The notes beneath the pieces are model-generated. The model did no database searches. It saw only the letters and a list, made by a program, of their open reading frames with translations, and was not told the origin of the DNA. Below are positions 57,575 to 64,000 of a stretch of DNA of 64,000 bases, piece after piece (position 1 is the first letter of the stretch; every line of letters begins with the position of its first letter). The translations under genes and the position numbers were made by a program. The DNA is taken from assembly GCF_964204645.1 (NCBI RefSeq), contig NC_134034.1:13963062-14027061 (forward strand), given 5' to 3'. The stretch comes from Tubulanus polymorphus. Its lineage: Eukaryota > Animalia > Nemertea.

Positions 57575-60270
57575 AGAGAGGATTTTGATAAAACCAATGT
57601 CTCTAGTAAACTTTGCATCATTCAGAATCTACTCAACCAAAATAAAGAAACTTGAAACCAAATTTTAGAATCTACAGGGCTTCATTTCTGAATGATTGTT
57701 GTTTGTTTTGACTGGTGCGTTGTCATGGTGATGGCAAGGTGATATTCTGGATCCGATGTCTAGAAAAATAGTAATTCCTCAAAACAGAGCCAAATTTCAT
57801 CCTGAAATGAATAACTACACTTATTTTCATCGATATGATAATGAAATGAGTTTATTTGAGCAAAATACTTCATAGATATTCATCACAGAAATATAGAACT
57901 TGTCGATGTCGGCCGCGCCCCGCTGATAAACTAGGTGAAATACCTCTCCGATTTAAGTTATTAAGTTTCTTTGTTTGAAATACCGGTATTTTATTGGGAA
58001 TATTTTTCACATAATTTTTCTGTGAACTATTGCACGGAAATTGCAACAAATTCCTAATTTCGTGGTATTATTTCCTGCAACTATCAATTCGGAGCGGCAT
58101 GTAAAGTCTACCGCGGGCACTACCGTGAGCTCTTTAGTTGGTGCCCGGAGCGCTAAGTCCTAGTCGACCTCGATCTGCGCGGACTACAGAACTAGCCCTC
58201 CCAAGTGGAGTATGTCCCATTTAAGAATGATGGCGGACGAATCAATGCTCACTAGAAATATTTAGAAGCTTCTCTTTCAACGCAGAAGCGACAGAATGTC
58301 TTCAAACCATTTCAACATTGAAATACAGTAAGTAAATTTACTTATGAATCGAATACTTGTGATGTATGAAGGTGATTCGAGATGGAGAGCGACATAAAAC
58401 ACTCCGGTTTAACCCCACGAGGCTATTCACTGATGCGTGCTGTAAAACCATCATTCAGTAAAAAGTATCAATAACATAAAGAGTGGATCTAGGCCTAGTA
58501 TAAACCATTACTATCAAGACAGATAAAGAATTTGACCCCGCGGTGGATACCCTGGATTTTAGAGTGCTTTCTCTGACAGGTTTCTATGTTTATTTCAGGG
58601 TGATGCTCTACTAAATAACTGCAGTCATCAGGAAGTTCCAGCCGTAATGACTGTTTGGCGATGAAGCGAACAGAATCCCTCAATTCAGGTAGATATATCT
58701 TAGGCCCTAATCACACTCTAGAAACCAGTTTCAGTGGTGTTTTAAAACCGAGTTAACCAAAGTCCAAGTAGGTTTTCAGCGCCGTTCTCAAATCATTGAT
58801 GCCAACATATTTCAAAGATTTCGGCTCAATTTACCGTGTTTGGAACTTTGCAAAAATATTTGCTACGAAAAAATTTACTTTGGAAATATCAAACATGTTT
58901 GAATGGTGCGATTCACCTGCTGCTGAGCAACGAACACGCTGAAAATTTCAATGTGAAATCTGTAATTTCAGACGGTGTGGGCATAAATTCATATAGTGTT
59001 CCCTGCTCTAAGTCTGAACCAATTTACCGTTAAGTCTTGTATGAAAAAAAAATTGTAACAAATTCTTGGCACTAAAAGCATTTTGAATCTAGTTGAATCT
59101 GTTTTCATTTTTTATCTGATGAAGAAATAATGATTTTCAGTGTTTTGTATTATTTCAGATGTAGGCGTAACGCTAGAGTTTTGTTTATTCTACTCAAAAG
59201 AAGATGATGTTTAGATCAGGTTTGTTTAGTTACTCTTATTTATATCGAATATTTGATATGATTTTTGTGAATTGCTCTAATGATGTTATAATGAATGTTG
59301 TTTGATTTATATTCAGTCTAATGGAGGAGAATCTCAATAACTGAAACCTGCGACACGTCTACACCTAAAATTGAGTGCGAGTCAAATGAATGAATTATTG
59401 ATTCTAAATGACTGTGATGTTTCATGCTGATTGGAGGATTTGTAGGGATGTCCAAAATTTGATCCCAGTGATTCTGATCAGATGATAAACCAGGGTGTCT
59501 GATATATGCTGATGAATTGTTACTACATGAACGCCACCTATTGGATATCTGCTGAACCACCTAATTATTGGAATCACAACTGCCATCTATTGGAAATTTA
59601 GAAATTTATATCTTGAGTGTCAAAATAAACGTGGAATTTATTTTAGATAAACACAAAATTGTTCTCAAATTGAGTGTGAACTGTTTGTTTTGATCTGAAT
59701 GCAGTGGAACACAATATCTGAGTGACTGTTAAAACCCTTCCAGGATTGGCACTGTCTTCCAGAGATGATTTTGATAAAACCAGTGTCTCTAGTTAACTTT
59801 GCATCATCCAGAATCTACTCAACCAAAATAAAGAAACTTGAAACCAAATTTTAGAATCTACTGGGCTTCATTTGTGAATGATTGTTGTTTGTTTTGACTC
59901 TTGCGTTGTCATGGTGATGGCAAAGTGAAATTCTGGATCCGATTTCTGGAAAAATAGTCATTCCTCAAAACAGAGCCAAATTTTCGTTGATTTGATTACA
60001 AAATGAGTTTATTTGAGCAAAATATTTCGTACAAATTTTTTACAAAAATATAGAACTTGACCTCGAATGATATGAAAGGGTGTTGAGTCTGGGTGACCTC
60101 TAGATACTTCAGACCGCACGAGGATGATGATGTTGATGATGAAAACTGTTATTTGTGTTCTCCTCTTCTTCAGAATCAATCTAGGAATAGATTAAGTGAA
60201 GATATCTGTATTTTTACTCTAAAAACAGTCAAGTATCCTGTTTTCATTAATATCAATACAGCTTGTGCCC
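57575..60270. repeat. Unit B, copy 2 (with internal deletions)
   Basis: Shares GTCGGCCGCGCCCCGCTGATAAACTAGGTG and downstream sequence with copy 1. Confidence 0.9.
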
Positions 60271-60840
60271 CCGGGCCGGGCCTTCTAAATCAGGTTGCAC
60301 TACCGGTATTTCCGGATTGTTGCTAATCTCGCGACAACGAAACTAGACGTATCGGCCCCACTCCGCGCGGTTGCGCCACCGCGCGGGATTTACGCGAAGC
60401 AGCAGAACACAAACATGGCCACTCTCTCAATTTTCAATGATAGAAATCATGTGTGCATTTCAATTATTTCGGCTGTTAGGGTTTTAAGGCACAATATAAG
60501 TTGATGATGTGATATGGCGATGTTAATTAATGATAATTCCGCAGTGAAGCTAGTCACGAACGGTGCCGATTGAGTGTACAGCTGCCAATAACACTGAAAT
60601 GTGCGTAGTTGCGTAACTATTTGCAGTGAATTGCAGACGAAACATGAAGCCTTAACGGCCATTTAAAAAAAATTATACCAATCGCAATTGTAAAATAAAA
60701 ATGAGATAGAACCTAAGTTAAAATTCTGGCCATTTCTAAAATGTTATTACTAATTTTTAGTCAGTGCCGAACGTTTAGTTTTCCAACAACAATAAGGGGT
60801 GGTAGGTAGTCATGCAATTCAAGTCATCATTTATTACACG

Positions 60841-61069
60841 TTACTTCCGTGTTGTTGAAAATCTCGCGAGTCCTGGACCAAACCCCAATGAACAATGTGA
60901 TCTGTGTGCTGGCCACAAATGCACACAGATGACACTACACTACCCATTACACACTCCAGTACCCACAGCTTTCATATATCCATCCAAATATTAAGAGTGT
61001 CTTTCTTCCTGGATTTACACAGCATATATTAGCGCTAGTCTCGCGAGATTATCAACAACACAGAAATAA
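60841..61069. mobile_element. Possible MITE with TCTCGCGAG-containing TIRs
   Basis: TTACTTCCGTGTTGTTGAAAATCTCGCGAG versus CTCGCGAGATTATCAACAACACAGAAATAA. Confidence 0.5.
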
Positions 61070-62465
61070 AATTCAGTAGTCAGTTTGCCGGCTTTGGCTC
61101 TGTGCCAGATCCATCTTGATACCTTCTAAAAAATAGTTTATTCCTCTCGTAAAGTCCAAATCAGTCTCGGAGCCCTTCTCGTCGTTTGACTTCAACTGAA
61201 TGTCATTGCATCACTTGGTCTTCGCTCATAATCAGTTTTCACAATAGGTGCCATTCCACGACGGTATAACGGCGATCAAACTCGTCTAAAGATCATGAAA
61301 ATGCATGGGTGTCATCAGCTGTTTCACAAAATCTCCCGGAGCACCACCTGTTAGACGTTTACTCCAACCGGGAAGGGTCGAGTCCCGCTTTACACCCAGT
61401 CAATCGGACGCTGTTTGTGTCTGGACGTATTTATCCCGTTCAGATTGAAACCAGTTTGTTGCACCGATTTAAGTAGGAAATTTGACCCGATTATCCAATA
61501 CGTATCAAACGCATATCAAAATATCACTGATTCATTTAGCTTTTTAGACCATAAATGCATTACTTAAAAAACAGTGTTGGCTTTTTATTGCTGTAGTTGA
61601 TGGAATTTTCTATTGGTCTTTTTTGAAAACGAAATTTTATCTCATTCTTAAGTCGATATTGTCGGCCGCGCCCCGCTGATAAACTAGGTGAAATACCTAT
61701 TGTGAGTCACCGATTAAAGTTTTTAAGTTTCTTTGTTTGAAATACCGGTAATTTATTGGGAATATTTTTCACATAATTCTTCAGTGAACTATTGCACGGA
61801 AATCGCAACAAATTCCTAATTTCGTGGTTTTATTTCCCGCAACTATCAATTCGGAGCGGCATTTAAAGTCTACCGCGGGCACTATCGTGAACTCTTTAGT
61901 TGGTGCCCGGAGCGCTAATACCCCTGAGTCCTAGTCGACCTCGATCTGCGCGGACTGCAGAACTAGCCCTCCCAAGTGGAGTATGTCCCATTTAAGAATG
62001 ATGGCGGACGAATCAATTGCAATTTTCACTTCAAATATTTAGAAGCTTCTCTTTCAACGAAGAAGCGACAGAATGTCTTCAAACCATTTCAACATTGAAA
62101 TACAGTAGGTAAATTTACTTATGAATCGAATACTTTTTTTGTACGGTTGAAGGTGATTCGAGAAGGAAAGGTGTCTGACCACAAGTGCTTGTCACAATTT
62201 GACGGAGGGAGGATGGATTGGATGACACCAGTTGCCAGTATCCCTATCTATATAAGGATACTGGTGTGGTCCATCCTTCATCAAATTGTGATAAGCTCCT
62301 GTGTGTTGGACATAAGACACTCGGGTTTAACCGCCATGTCAAGCTGATGCGTGTAAAACTGTCGGCCGACATTCAAGATACAATTAGTAAAATGTATGAA
62401 TAATATCAAGTGTGGATCGAGGCCTAATATAAACTATTATTATCAATGCAGATGGAGCATTTGAG

Positions 62466-62566
62466 CAGGGACTTGACACAAAAGGATTTTGACCCCAGTA
62501 TCCTCAGTCTTTTTATATATAGTACCTAGGATACTGGGGTTGAAATCGTTTTGTGTCAAGTCCCTG
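62466..62566. mobile_element. 101-bp hairpin MITE (truncated copy with inverted loop at 40573-40653)
   Basis: TIR CAGGGACTTGACACAAAA/TTTTGTGTCAAGTCCCTG. Confidence 0.8.
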
Positions 62567-62764
62567 TGATTACTATCAATACAGATGTAGCATTTGACCC
62601 CGCGGATACCCTGGATTTTAGAGTGATTTCTCTGACAGGTTTCTAGGTTTATTTCAGGGTGATGCTCAACTGAATAACTGCAGTCATGCAGGAAGTTCAA
62701 GCCAGAATAACTGTTTGGCGATGAAGTGAACAAGTGATCCCTCAATTCAGGTAGATATATCTTA

Positions 62765-63189
62765 AGGTAGGGGCACACGAGCGTATTTTTTCGCCCGATC
62801 GCAGCGAATTTATAAATCACCCGAAAAATTCGCTCGTGTGGCCACTCATGGCGATGACGATTTCGTCGGCCGACTCGATCGCCCGGCGAATCGCCCGTAT
62901 CAAACATGTTTGATATTTTCGGCCGATTATTTACGCCGGCGATCGGATCGCCCGCAAATTCGCTCGTCTGCCCGCACTCAGCGAATTTCGCCGAGCGATC
63001 CATTTTTATCAGCCAATAGGATGCATTGTTGATATCATGTGATTCGTTAACTCTCTCCCTCTTAGTGCCAGTCGCTGACCGAATTTCGGTTTGATCGCTT
63101 TGTGTGCCCGCTCGTATCGGGCGTATAATTTCGTCGGCGAATTTAATCGTCGCGATCGGGCGAAAAAATACGCTTGTGTTTCCCTAGCT
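62765..63189. mobile_element. 425-bp PIF/Harbinger-like MITE with TTA TSD
   Basis: ~38-bp imperfect TIRs (AGGTAGGGGCACACGAGCGTATTTTTTCGCCCGATCGC), TTA on both sides, and empty site ATCTTAGGCC in B1 and B2. Confidence 0.85.
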
Positions 63190-64000
63190 TTAGGCCCTTG
63201 TCACAGACCTCTAGAAACTAAATAGTTCAGTGGTGTTTTAAAACCGAGTTAACCAAAATCCAAGCAGGTTTTCAGCGCCATTCTCAAATCATTGATGCCA
63301 TCATGATTTGAAAGCTTGTCAAAGATTGCGGCTCAATTTACTGTGTTTGGGACTAAACAAAAATTTTGCTGCGATGAAATTTACTGTGGAAATATCAAAC
63401 ATGTTTGAATGGTGCGATTCACCTGCTGCTGAGCAACGAACACGCTGCAAATTTCATTGTGAAATCTGTAATTTCAGACGGTGTGGGAATAAATTCATAT
63501 AGTGTTCCCTGCTCTAAGTCTGAACCAATTTACCGTTAAGTCTTGTATGAAAAAAAGATTGTAACACTGAAAATTCTTGGCACTGAAAACATTTTGAATC
63601 TTGTTGAATCTGTTTTCATTTTTTATCTGATGAAGAAATAATGATTTTCAGTGTTTTGTATTATTTCAGATGTAGGCGTAACGCTAGAGTTTTGTTTATT
63701 CTACTCAAAAGAAGGTGATGTTTAGATCAGGTTTGTTTAGTTACTCTTATTTATATCGAATATTTGATATGATTTTTGTGAATTGCTCTAATGATGTTAT
63801 AATGAATGTTGTTTGATTTATTTTCAGTCTAATGGAGGAGGATCTCAATAACTGAAACCTGCGACACGTCTACACCTGAAATTGACTGCGCGTCAAGTGA
63901 ATGAATTATTGATTCTAAATGACTGTGATGTTTCATGCTGATTGGAGGATTTGTAAGAAATGTCCCGAGTTCAAACCCAGTGATTCTGATCAGATGATAA

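Larger units (their letters stand above)
61657..64000. repeat. Unit B, copy 3 (runs off the window end)
   Basis: Collinear with ~39645-41690. Confidence 0.9.

Noticed and set aside
62443-63003. 186-aa ORF
   Set aside because: It spans two MITE insertions and antisense unit B sequence, and is absent from the other B copies.

Overview
Repeat-rich, AT-rich eukaryotic DNA, most likely from an invertebrate animal (GT-AG splice signals with mostly 70-200 nt introns, TTAGGG motifs, an L2 LINE remnant and animal-type MITEs). I find no credible protein-coding gene: the long ORFs in the track come from minisatellites or are not frame-conserved between paralogous copies. The window is mostly a tandem array of a ~12 kb unit 'A': A1 1-12512, A2 12513-24408, A3 24409-32738 plus a fragment at ~37210-37741, A4 44215-48016 (partial) and A5 48017-57574. 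It is interrupted by a 4.5 kb repeat/transposon block (32739-37210) and three copies of a second unit 'B' (~39150-42450, ~57575-60270, ~61657-64000). Each A repeat appears to carry a multi-exon, apparently non-coding minus-strand transcription unit (YY1-like start motif, a chain of strong splice sites, AATAAA plus a GU-rich element). It also carries (i) a ~197 bp inverted repeat whose arms covary within a copy, lined on the inside by G-quadruplex-type tracts; (ii) a head-to-head pair of tRNA-like sequences resembling tRNA-Sec; (iii) a tRNA-like head fused to TTAGGG repeats; and (iv) several VNTRs, including a CAG tract of 5-8 units expanded to 108 in one copy. Unit B looks like a second, plus-strand spliced non-coding gene. 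All transcription and RNA-structure claims are inferences from sequence signals and need RNA data. Coordinates were read by eye and may be off by a few bases.
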